Notes under the pieces: model-generated
Seen by the model: the letters and a program-made list of their open reading frames with translations, nothing else
Databases searched by the model: none
What the model was told of the DNA's origin: nothing
Source: Zygnema circumcarinatum SAG 698-1b
Taxonomy: Eukaryota; Plantae; Zygnematophyceae
Assembly (NCBI GenBank): GCA_037447605.1
Contig: CM074813.1
Location: forward strand, 868,001 to 932,000
Direction: 5' to 3'
Length of the DNA stretch: 64,000 nt
Shown: positions 11,266 to 26,663 of the stretch, one piece after another
Layout: every line of letters starts with the position of its first letter
How positions within the stretch are numbered: position 1 is the first letter of the stretch
Made by a program: the position numbers and the translations under genes

Positions 11266-12913
11266 ATTGCGAAAGTAATTGATTTACGAGTCTGCGAATT
11301 TCCTCCATGTGGAGAACAATGAGGAGTGCATGCAAATTGCAACCAACGAGAGAGTATTTACCATCACTGCAAGGCCCACGATGCTGCACCACACACGCAT
11401 CACGCAGCCTTCTCTGTCCGTACATGCACGAATGAAGCAGACTCTTTGATTTCAGCCGCAATTGATTTCCATCGCCCGTTTACGCACGGCCCTCCCAACG
11501 CTGTAAGACCTTGCCCCGCAGCAAGTGTCCCATTTTCTGCGTTTTTTTCCTCCCTCTCGTCCCCTTCCCTCCTCTTTACGAGTGAGTAGCGAAAGTGAGA
11601 GACCGAGAGGAGAGAAGTGGAGGAGGAAGGCATAGAAATGGAGGAAAGAAGGGAGGAGGAAGAAGGAAGGCAGGGGAATCATAGAAAGGGAGGAAAGAAG
11701 GGAGGAGGAAAGAAGGGAGGAGGAAGGAAGGGACGAGGAGGAAGGCAGCGAACTTCGACTTCGACCGCGATTCTGACTTTGTCTAACTACACGTCTGACT
11801 CTTTATGGATTTAGGGTTAAAGTGGGATACCTTTGTTTGACTCTCACTGACTCTCACTGTCGTCTGCGGTTTAAATCGATACTATTTATTTCTCCATTTG
11901 GTTCCGACACGGTTCGTTGTCGTCATCGTCGTACGTGTCGCAGTTGTCGTCCTTGTTTTCCTCATAAAAAGAAGAGGTCACACCTTCAGAAAAAGTGAAA
12001 TACTGAGAAAAAAGATACTTAATATTTCAGATATTGATTGCAGTCATGGAGGGTTTTGCTGTGGTCGTCATCGTAGTCGTCCGAGTCGTCGCAGTCGTCA
12101 CAGCTGACCTCCATCCTACACCATACAGGGAACTGATGAAAAACAAAACAGTGGAGTAGGAATTCCTACCAGGGTTGCAGGGTTTTAGGGTTCTCCGTAC
12201 AAACGATGTGGCCACCTGGCAATGACTGATTGCTTACGCAACATAACCCCATTTTCCGTACATACGATCTAACAACCAACACCTTCAACGAATGCAGCTG
12301 CACCACGTGGCAACGATTGACTGGCCATGACACATACTCCATTTTCTACCTTCGGTCCAGAAAACACCCTTATCCAATGCTGTCGTACGGACAAAAACGA
12401 TCATGAAGCATTGCCAGAGGCAAAGTGAAAAAAAAAGAGGGAGGGGGACTCTTCCATGTGAGGCACAAAACGGAGCGAACTGGCATGGAACACAAAAAGC
12501 AGTTCCGCGCCGTTATCTACTACACTCGTGTGCTCCCTGATCTGTGACAGAACACGATTGCTTTCTTCATGTAGAGTCAACATCCTCCACAAAAAGAGTG
12601 GCCTATCTATGTCGAGATGGTTTCTAACAATTCACAGAACTGAGCGTTACCAGTTTCCCTAAACTCGAACTGCTTAGCGCTCAGTTACATGTACAAGGAA
12701 ACTGTCGTGCGCACTTTTTCAAGCATTTCCCTCCTTGAGAGAGACTTACTTGACAGACTAACGAAATGCTGTACCTTTCTTTCTACCCTTCCTCCTTCTC
12801 TCCGTCCCTGCTCCATATCTGTTCCAGTCTCTCTCTCTCTCGCCTCTCCTTCTCTCCCTCTCTCCCTCCCCTTCCTCTCACTGAGGTAGGGTTGAACCTA
12901 AGCCCTAAACCCT

Positions 12914-15900
12914 TCAGGGGCCAGCACGAGTTCCATGCTCGCTGTGGTGATCGCGCTGAGTCGGAGGGTTTCTATGCTGCTGTTCTACTGCAGGCTGCCG
13001 AGCCATGTACATGGGAAGACTGCAGATTTTGTCGATTTCTTGAAGAAGGAAGTCCTCTGTGATCTTATCGTTGATGCTTCCTACGACCTGTGCCCAAACC
13101 CTAATTCTACTTCTGAGTTACCTCTCCCAGCAGCCAGAGAGAGGAGGGAGGGGGAGAAAAGGATGAAAGAGGTGAGAGGCGGAGGAGAAAGCGAGATACG
13201 GAAAGGGAAGAAGAGTGGAGAGGGAGAGAAGGAAGGAGGAGGGGGAGAAAGGAGCGAAAGAAGGGAAAGAGAGGAGGGAGAGAAACGGAGAGAGAAGGAG
13301 AGGAGCGCAGAGGGAGGGGGAGATGGGGAGAGTGGGAAAGTCAAAAGTTCTACAAAGACACAAGAGCAGAGGCAAGTCCCGCTCCAAAATGAGCGACACG
13401 AGCAAGCATGCAGACAAGCAGCAATGAAGCATGCCTTTCTTTAGGGTTCTAAGAACCCACACATCAGGAATTTAGACATAATACACTCGGAACTTTCAGA
13501 ACTTTCTGAAATTTTGGGTTATTTTTGAACCTTATGATATGTGTTCAGGGCGTTGGCTCGATCCTTGTCGTGTCGTATCCGCATGAACTCCCACTCCTTC
13601 CTCTCCGAGTCGATGCAGGAACACTCGATCACCTTCTTCTGAAGCTCGGCAGGATTCACGGATTCTGTTCGCCATAACGGCACAGCCAGCCACACATGGA
13701 ACACCACGCATGCATGCATGCATGCATGCATCATCAGCCGACATCTCCGTTGCCGCTTCATCAAGGAAAATATTCAATCCAAGGATTCGCCCAGCGTGAA
13801 CATGTCGATGACGTCAGCACGTGCTGAGACGACGTCACTTGACAAGACAGTGCTGACATCAGCAGATGACAAGTATTTTTCCCACAATGACGTCAGAACG
13901 AGGTCAGCATGGTGGCCAACCGCTATCTTGAAACAAAGTTTCCATTGCGGTGTTTCAGAAATCAACGATAACGAAGGGTTTAAGTGAACTTTAAGTTAAT
14001 TTAACTTCAACTTTGAGATTTTCGAGTCTATAGAATCTGATGAGCCTCACCAGGGAATATGACTTTAGCTCCCTCAAGCTGCACATTTCGTCCCCTGTCG
14101 GACAAAAGCAAAATTTGTTTTCCCTCTGGAGTGATCTGCAAGCAAGGGAATGGACTGCATCAGCATGCATAATAACGTGAGCTTAAATTGCTAAGAATTA
14201 GTTTTTTATAACGAGTTCTGCCGGCACCCACGTAAGAGAATCCCTAAACCCCGGGTGACACTGATGCCTCAAAATCCGAAAAGTTTTAGAAACAGACCTC
14301 CAACAGAAAGTCAACGGAATTCATGTGCGCATATTTCCACTTGAGCAGCCCTTCATGCGTTCTTGGAACGTACGGATCGTCCCAACCCTGATGCCCCACT
14401 ACAAGTTTAGTTGGAGAGGGAGAGGGAGAGGGAGAGGGAGAGGGAGAGGGCGAGGGAGAGGGAGAAGGAGAGAGAGAGGGAGAGNNNNNNNNNNGAGGGA
14501 GAGGGAGAGGGTGAGGGAGAGAAAGCAGAGCGAGATTGCAATCTGCGTAACTAAAACAGAAATGACAACAGAAACGGCAGGGAAGTGTGAACATAGAGCA
14601 CCTGAAAGATGAGTCCGTCGGACTCATGGCTGAGCTCGGGAATGACTTTTTGAAGGAGCTTGTTGGTCGTGATCAGGGGCCAAAATCCTTTTCGACGCAC
14701 CTGTTCAACGGAATTACGGACAGGGAACAAGCGCAGAACAAGCGCACAGGACGAGCTGTTTAGAAGTCAAACCCATACTCTCTTAATTCGCTTATTGAAA
14801 AAATGGCTTGTTTTTGCTCCAGGGCATACAATTCTTTCTTATCTTAATTTACTGAAGTTATTTTCCCTTATGCACAAGTATTTTTCTTCCAATCTCACCA
14901 CACCTTAAATGGCTCTTCTGAATACATGTACTTGAGATGTCTCTGACACTCCTCATATTTTCTCGGATCAATTATTTCTGCCTGAATCCGCTTCCACCGC
15001 TCATTGAAAGGGACCTGCAAAATCCAAAACCTAAACTCCAGATTTCCTCATTTTCTCAACCGTTATAACTACGCCAAACCCGCGAGTTATCAATCAAGAA
15101 ACCGACCAAAATGGCAAAATAAAATCCAACGAAAAGGATAACCGCACTTTATTATACACAGAAAACAAAAAGGAAAGTCAAACAAACAATCAAATTGCAT
15201 TGGAGGAATCAATGAAGTGAAAGTAAGTCACCTTTACTAACGATTTGTTTACAAGCGCCATGAGGTCATATACCAAATAGCGGCGCATTTCAACTTTTTT
15301 GAGGGGGTCGAGGGGGTCCTCCATAGTGTCAATTACCATCTCTCCGTCGAGAAGGGTACAGTGATGAAGAGGGGCAGTTTGACCCCTTTGAGGGGGGTGG
15401 CTCGGCATCTGCCCTAGACCCCATATATACCCGATAAGGGAAGGACAAGAAACCCCCCAAAAAAACAGAAAAAGCAAATGAATAAAGTAGCAATAAGAGG
15501 AAGAAAGAATAACATTAGTGAAAGTTGGGAAGAAGGCAGAACCACCTTCCTTTGAAAACCGGGGCTTGCAACCCTTCGGAACANNNNNNNNNNNNNNNNN
15601 NNNNNNNNNNNNNNNNNNNNNNNNNNNNNNNNNNNNNNNNNNNNNNNNNNNNNNNNNNNNNNNNNNNNNNNNNNNNNNNNNNNNNNNNNNNNNNNNNNNN
15701 NNGTTGTTGTATTATCTTGGCAAAGAGAGTTGAGAGAAAATGTCTGCGACCACTGAGGATGGGGAAACGATTCGAGGCGAAAGAAAATTAGCAGTACAGC
15801 CAGGGAACATCGTTATCCAGTTCAATAGAGAGCTGTGACTTTACCTCATAGCAGAAGTTATTCACTGTAGCATTATCCGGAACTTCGTCACGTCCTCTAC

Positions 15901-16546
15901 AAGGAATCTGTGATTTTTTGCGTAACAATGAGAGAGACGAAAAGATGAGAAATGGAGACGGAATTAATAAAATATAAGGTCAGGAGAACTAAAATAACGC
16001 ATTCAAACACAACCGAAAAAACTTGTGTTGTTGTTGCAGTCACATCATGTCTCCAAAGCAATCCAAAAGTGTAAATAAATGCCAAGAAGGTAACAGAGAG
16101 AAAGAAGGTTCACGCAGAAAGAGAAAGAGTTGTGAGAAGGGGGAAGATAGAGAGCGACAGAGAGAGTGAGGTGATTCGAGCCGAGCAATACTGTACCTTG
16201 ATGTAGTATACATTGTGCTTCCTCCACTCCTCCTCCCTATAATACCTATGGGTGTTCGTCAAATCGACAACCAACCCCACCTGGAAAAATCTCACACAAT
16301 AAAGGCAACATCAAACCTAAAGTCCCAAATATCAAGCTTTTCTTTAAAAGCCTGAAAACAATACGAAGCCTTGAGTCTTTCATGATCATTGATGACGACG
16401 ATCATGTGAAAGCAGTTTCATGACAGCGTACTTGGCCGACAGTCCGAAAACATTCAAAAACTAAATGAAACAATGAAAGCAGTGGAAAAATTGGGGTGGG
16501 GGCGTGGGGGGGACAAAAAGCAAACCTTTCATAAGTTTAAAAAAAA

Positions 16547-16578
<32 letters not shown>

Positions 16579-17690
16579 CGAACCACTCGATTTTTCTGCT
16601 TCTGAGTGCGTATGACGGATGCAGGCGTGTAGCGCTTTTCCGACGGAATGACGTCACGGAAATTATCTCCCAAAGGGGCCTTGGAGGGGATGAGGAAGCC
16701 CAGAGGCTCTCCCGAAGGGGGACACTCCAGCCACCCTGCTCGTGACGACACGCGCGTCACGCAAAGGGGAGAGGGAAGGAGAGAGGGAGGGAGGGAGGGA
16801 GGGAGGGAGGGAGGGAGGGAGGGAGGGAGGGCGAGGGACCAAAGTACTTGCTGGAATATAGAATGATAGAAAAGCAGCGTAAATACCTTCAGGCAAGCGG
16901 AGTGATCCTTTGCGTCCCTTTTCATAGTCGAAGGTGAAGTCATCCGCCGGCGGTTGTGGGCGAGGAGGGGGAGTCACGGAGGCCTTCTTGGAGGGGCGCT
17001 GCTGCTCCTCGTCCTCGCGCTTGCGCTTCATGGCCGCCTTGCGCTCCTCGCGCTCCTGGAAGATGGGTTTAAAGAAAATAAAGATCAAAGATTTAAAGAT
17101 TAACAGCATCAGACTCTTGTTTAGTTACTTTGTATTTTTTGGAGAAGACGAGAAGGAGGAGGTCTAACGACGGAGATAGTTAGCGGAGCCTTCGTAGTGC
17201 AGTGCCTTTACGGTTTTTAGGTTATGGAAAGATATGAGAGAAACGGAAGGGGGGCGGCAGAGGATCATGCAAGTTGTTGAAGTTGAGTTGTTTAATTGGT
17301 GGAACGCTTATCTACAAAATCGCAGGGACTATTAAAGCAAAGATTCGAATTGTTGCTGGAAGTGCAATTATTCAGATAATGACAGTTTGAATGATTTGGA
17401 TAAGTTGAGTTTTTGTAAATTATGCAAAAAAAGTCAAGTTTTTGAATAATCTGAATTAACTGAATGATACTCCAAATGGTGAATGGGTTGCCCTAAGATT
17501 CAAAACAAGCCAACTGGCTGGAAACGCCTTAGGCCCATGCAACTGGACCGAAACTGAAACTGAAACTAATGGGAATAGAATTTAAACTTGAGAGGACGAG
17601 CAGCGCCCGTACCCTAATTAGCGTTTCTACTGCAGTCTCCTGCTTTGGCTCCTCGTCGTTTGGCTCCTCATTCAAATCAACCGGCGCCAT
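12914..17690 (-). CDS. RNGTT: mRNA capping enzyme (RNA triphosphatase plus guanylyltransferase); central exons missing at an assembly gap
   Basis: Start MAPVDLNEEP at 17690. Exons give GWLECPPSGEPLGFLIPSKAPL, VGLVVDLTNTHRYY, IPCRGRDEVPD, HHCTLLDGEMVID, RRYLVYDLM, VRRKGFWPL..HESDGLIFQ, GWDDPYVPRTHEGLLKWKY..NSVDF, KVIECSC..WEFMRIRHDK..N and last exon 13087-12914. The HCxxGxNRTG and KxDG motifs are not visible and should fall at gap 15584-15702. Confidence 0.95.
15584..15702. other. Assembly gap (119 N) inside the capping-enzyme gene
   Basis: N run. Other gaps lie at 8006-8015, 14485-14494, 20083-20092, 31195-31204, 44222-44231 and 44821-44830. Confidence 1.
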
Positions 17691-18660
17691 ATTGTGCGTG
17701 CGTGAGTGGAAGAAAGAGAGAGGCGAGATAGAGAGAGGGAGAGAGAGAGAGAGTAGGTGAGACAGAAAGAGTGAGGGAGAGGGGAGAGAAGAGCGTGTGT
17801 GAGAGAGAGGAGGGAAAGTGTGATAGAGAGGGAGAGAGAGGGAGAGAGAGAGAAGGTGAGAGAGAAAGTGTGAGGGAGAGGGGAGAGAAGAGAGTGTATG
17901 AGAGATAGGAGGGAAAGTGTGATAGAGAGAGGGAGAGAGAGAGAGAGAGAGAGTGAAGGCTTATAATCTACACGTCAAGCGACGCTGATGGATGATCTCC
18001 AAATTGCTACTCTGACCACGGAGGCCATTCAAAAACCTTGTCCCTGCAATTGGAGCAGAAGCAGCCTGACGCTTCCAAGGCTTATCTTCCATCTTCTCCA
18101 GAACTCGCCCTTCAAGCCATGATCGCTCCCCTCTGCGCGTACGGATCAAGAAAGCCTTTGAAGCTCAGGCCGTCCATGGCTCCACCCTTCACCAGTTTTT
18201 AGGGTTCACCTTCTGCTGCGTTTCTCCGTCCAATTCTTTCGTCCAGATAAATTTCTTTCTTTCTTTCTTTACGAGTTCAAACATAGCTTTTCACTCCAGT
18301 TCACATTGCTTCTACATGTTGTGTTTTTCCGTGAAAATTTCTTGCCCTATTTTTTTTTTTCTTTTTTTTGTTTTTTGACCTTCCACCAACTCCCCATGCG
18401 AGTGAGGACCAGTTGTCTCGCACACACCTTTACTGGTCAAAATTCTCCTTCCGTATACCGTACAAAACCGTGTCGACTGAAAGTGTACGATTCGTACCAT
18501 TTCCGTTCTTGACGCCTCCGTCCAGAAACTGTTGAAACATGTGACTGGAAGTTTCCTACTCGTACACTTTCAGTCGTATCCGTACAATCAACATGTTAGT
18601 TCGTACAAAAAAGGGGGTTTCATGAGTAGGGATGGATATTAGAACGACATTTATTATTTT

Positions 18661-19237
18661 GGAGAACTATATACCGCCCCCCCCCGCTTAAAGGGCTTCG
18701 TTTTTGCGCTTAGGCCTAGTTTAGTTTTATTTTTATTTTAGTTTTCTGCTCCTAGTTTTTTTATTTTGTGCTTAGATCTTTTGCGACCAGTTTCTCGTGG
18801 TTTCCCTATTGACTTCGTCCATGTTCATTTGATGGCCTCACCATCGTCAGATCAATGCAAATCCCCTTTTCTTTTGTTGCACAATAGGGGGGATCAGACT
18901 TAACACATAGCCAAATCAATTTCGTCACCCTGTCGGGCGAAACAAGCATTTGGTACTGTACGCATTTCGGTACGGCTGTGTACGGCGGAGCCGTCGATCC
19001 CGACCAGACTTCGTACACGAAACTTTGACTTTTAGCATACTAAATTCAGGAAATTCAGGAATTTAGTACGCTCCGGGATAAGTAGTGAAAAGGAGAGACA
19101 GGGGGAGGGGGTGGGATATCCAAAATATGGGGGTGAAATATCAAAAATAGGGGGCGGGGTAACCAAAATTGGAGGGCATTTTTTTCAAAAAAGAAGGGGA
19201 TGGGATATCTAAAATAGGGGGTGCAGTATCATTCTCC
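18661..19237 (-). mobile_element. Degenerate non-autonomous MULE-like element (second copy at 20647-21223)
   Basis: The left end GGAGAACTATATACCGCCCC is shared with the element at 47899. The degenerate right end is ..GCAGTATCATTCTCC, with subterminal GGTTACCCCGCCCC/GGATATCCC motifs. The interior is homologous to 4632-4765. No clear TSD. Confidence 0.7.
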
Positions 19238-19346
19238 AATTCTAGAAGTCCCTTGTACGGACTTTTGCCAGCCCTATTCTCGAGTGCCCAGTCAGCACCT
19301 TTCGGTTCCAGACGACCGAGACGTCCGTCCGCGGAGCTCGCCGGCC

Positions 19347-19873
19347 ATGGCGGGCCTGGAGGTGAAGCTGGAGCGCGCGGACCGTATCCATGTCCCTGGA
19401 GTCAGTTCCAGTTCCGTGGCCAGTTCCCTGTTGCGTTTAAATTTCTGAACTGTGAAACATTTGGCGCATGTGAAGGGGACGCGTGGCTCTCATGTGCGCA
19501 CGTTCCGGGGGGCGCGCAGGAGGAGGTGGCCGGCTTCCTCGCCGCGAAGCTTCCCGTGGCACTCAGCCATGGCGGCGTCAAGCTCGCTATCACGGGGAGC
19601 GTCGAGCTGCAGGTGTGCTAGGAGGGGGAGCCAGAGTGTAGGGTTAGGTTTAGGGTTTAGGGTGTGGGGTTTAGGGCGGAGGGTGTAGGGTGTCGGGTGT
19701 AGGGTGTAGGGTGAAGGGTGTAGGGTCTAGGATGTGACGGTTAGGGTTTAAGGTTTGGGGTATAGGGTTGAAACTTACATTTCAATATATTTCCGTACTT
19801 GAACGCAGACGGGAGGCGCGAGCACACGCGTCTTGGACGCTTTATACAGTTCCTTGAAACCCGTTCAGTTATT
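19347..19873 (+). other. VPS26C: Duplicate of VPS26C exons 1-3 inside the first copy of the 1976-bp duplication
   Basis: Same exons as 21333-21859 shifted by 1986 bp, ending before the N-gap; likely not a real second gene. Confidence 0.7.
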
Positions 19874-21332
19874 GTAAGGATCATTTCCTGTCTTCCTTTT
19901 TTTACTATTTTAAATCGCTTTTAGGTTTGAAGGACCCCCCTTTTTTTTTTTTTTCCAAAACACAGCGCAATCCTTCCAGAGAATCTCAGAAACCCTCCAA
20001 ACCCTAAAAGTTTTAAACTCCTAAAGCTAAGAGTTACTTTCGTTTACTTTTTTGCAAAAAACATTTAAATTTTCAGTTTCCCNNNNNNNNNNGCCCTTCA
20101 AGCCATGATCGCTCCCCTCTGCGCGTACGGATCAAGAAAGCCTTTGAAGCTCAGGCCGTCCATGGCTCCACCCTTCACCAGTTTTTAGGGTTCACCTTCT
20201 GCTGCGTTTCTCCGTCCAATTCTTTCGTCCAGATAAATTTCTTTCTTTCTTTCTTTACGAGTTCAAACATAGCTTTTCACTCCAGTTCACATTGCTTCTA
20301 CATGTTGTGTTTTTCCGTGAAAATTTCTTGCCCTATTTTTTTTTTTCTTTTTTTTGTTTTTTGACCTTCCACCAACTCCCCATGCGAGTGAGGACCAGTT
20401 GTCTCGCACACACCTTTACTGGTCAAAATTCTCCTTCCGTATACCGTACAAAACCGTGTCGACTGAAAGTGTACGATTCGTACCATTTCCGTTCTTGACG
20501 CCTCCGTCCAGAAACTGTTGAAACATGTGACTGGAAGTTTCCTACTCGTACACTTTCAGTCGTATCCGTACAATCAACATGTTAGTTCGTACAAAAAAGG
20601 GGGTTTCATGAGTAGGGATGGATATTAGAACGACATTTATTATTTTGGAGAACTATATACCGCCCCCCCCCGCTTAAAGGGCTTCGTTTTTGCGCTTAGG
20701 CCTAGTTTAGTTTTATTTTTATTTTAGTTTTCTGCTCCTAGTTTTTTTATTTTGTGCTTAGATCTTTTGCGACCAGTTTCTCGTGGTTTCCCTATTGACT
20801 TCGTCCATGTTCATTTGATGGCCTCACCATCGTCAGATCAATGCAAATCCCCTTTTCTTTTGTTGCACAATAGGGGGGATCAGACTTAACACATAGCCAA
20901 ATCAATTTCGTCACCCTGTCGGGCGAAACAAGCATTTGGTACTGTACGCATTTCGGTACGGCTGTGTACGGCGGAGCCGTCGATCCCGACCAGACTTCGT
21001 ACACGAAACTTTGACTTTTAGCATACTAAATTCAGGAAATTCAGGAATTTAGTACGCTCCGGGATAAGTAGTGAAAAGGAGAGACAGGGGGAGGGGGTGG
21101 GATATCCAAAATATGGGGGTGAAATATCAAAAATAGGGGGCGGGGTAACCAAAATTGGAGGGCATTTTTTTCAAAAAAGAAGGGGATGGGATATCTAAAA
21201 TAGGGGGTGCAGTATCATTCTCCAATTCTAGAAGTCCCTTGTACGGACTTTTGCCAGCCCTATTCTCGAGTGCCCAGTCAGCACCTTTCGGTTCCAGACG
21301 ACCGAGACGTCCGTCCGCGGAGCTCGCCGGCC

Positions 21333-25379
<4,047 letters not shown>

Positions 25380-26187
25380 AGCGTAACATGACAATACGTG
25401 ACATGTTGAGATGACGCTACACTCGGCGGGGCGTGACGTGACAGGCGGTAGCGTTGGCATGGAGCTCCGTTCCAGCGTGGAACGGTACAAGCGTCGCCTG
25501 ACTGTAACTGGCAGTTAGACTGAACTCAAGATCCATGCAGCTCGTTTTGTTGGTGGAAGTGTGTGCAGTCTATCGCATAGTGTGGCAGAATTCTTTTGTG
25601 AATAAACAATGATATGAACTTTCAAGATCTTGAAAATGGGCTGCCTTGTGTGTTGGGGGCAAAATTATCATTTTCCTTCCCCTAATCAGTTGGTTTGGTT
25701 AGGATAATTGGCGACTTGGCCAAAAAAAGAAAATGACTAACCGCACGGGCAGCAAGGACGGGAGCAACGCAGCGCAGAGCCCAGCGACCGCCCGCCTCAT
25801 TCCCTTCCCAGCCATTGCTCCCTCTCTCCTCTCTCTCCTCTCTCTCCCTCTCTCCACTTCCCTCTCTCTCTCCCTCTCTCCCTCTCTCCCCCTCTCCCTC
25901 TCAACCCATCTCCCTCTCCACTCTCCCTCTGTCTCCCTCTCTCCCCCACTTTCCCGTCTCTCCCTCACTCTCCCCTATCTCCCCCTCTCTCTCACCCCTC
26001 TCCCTCACCCCTCTCTCCCTCTCCCTCTCCCCTCTCTCTCTCCCTCTCGCCCCCCCACTTATCTCCCCCTCTCTCGCCCTCTTTCTCTCTCTCTCGCGCG
26101 CGCTCTCTCGGCTGGCCCTTCTAGAACGGCAGCTACGCAGCTGTCCCTTTAATCCATTTGTGGAGCTGCCGATGGCGAGCAGTCCGC

Positions 26188-26222
26188 CTCCACGTGGCAC
26201 TTCGCGTCCACGTGGCGCTGCG
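26188..26222. promoter_or_regulatory. Pair of CCACGTGG G-box palindromes upstream of NNRD
   Basis: CTCCACGTGGCAC and GTCCACGTGGCGC lie about 20 bp apart. Function is inferred only from the motif and its position. Confidence 0.4.
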
Positions 26223-26663
26223 CCACAAGTGCGGCGATCCGATCTAGGTTCTTAGCGCGGAGCGGGGGAGGTGCATCTGCCGACACCCGCGCATCCCGCC
26301 CTTGTCGGTTTGTGCCTCCTTTCCGCTGCCCGGTTTGGCGACCGTACGACGGTGACGTCTGACCTGAGATTCTTCGTATCTGAAAGATTCTACGAGATTA
26401 TGGAGATCGCGAGGCAGTCATTGGCGACGGATCTGACACGTCAGATATGACAGGTTCAGATACGAATCAAATCTTTGGCGTATCATATCCGTTCACATCG
26501 GCTAAAACAAGAAACAAAAAATCAGGATCTCAAAACTTCAAAACCACTATGGGTGAAGTCCAGATTTGAAACCTAAATTTTTTTCCAAACCCAGGGCTCA
26601 GAAACTGTTGCCGTATTAGGGCTAAGGGTTTTAGGGCTGGGGTTTTTTTTTTTTTTTTTCTCT

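Noticed and set aside
17961-18200. Short minus-strand ORF (WLEGRVLEKMEDKPWKR..) near the capping-enzyme promoter
   Set aside because: No recognisable family and no splice structure to support it.
19347-19873. Second VPS26C gene
   Set aside because: It lies in an identical duplication ending at an N-gap, so it is most likely an assembly overlap.
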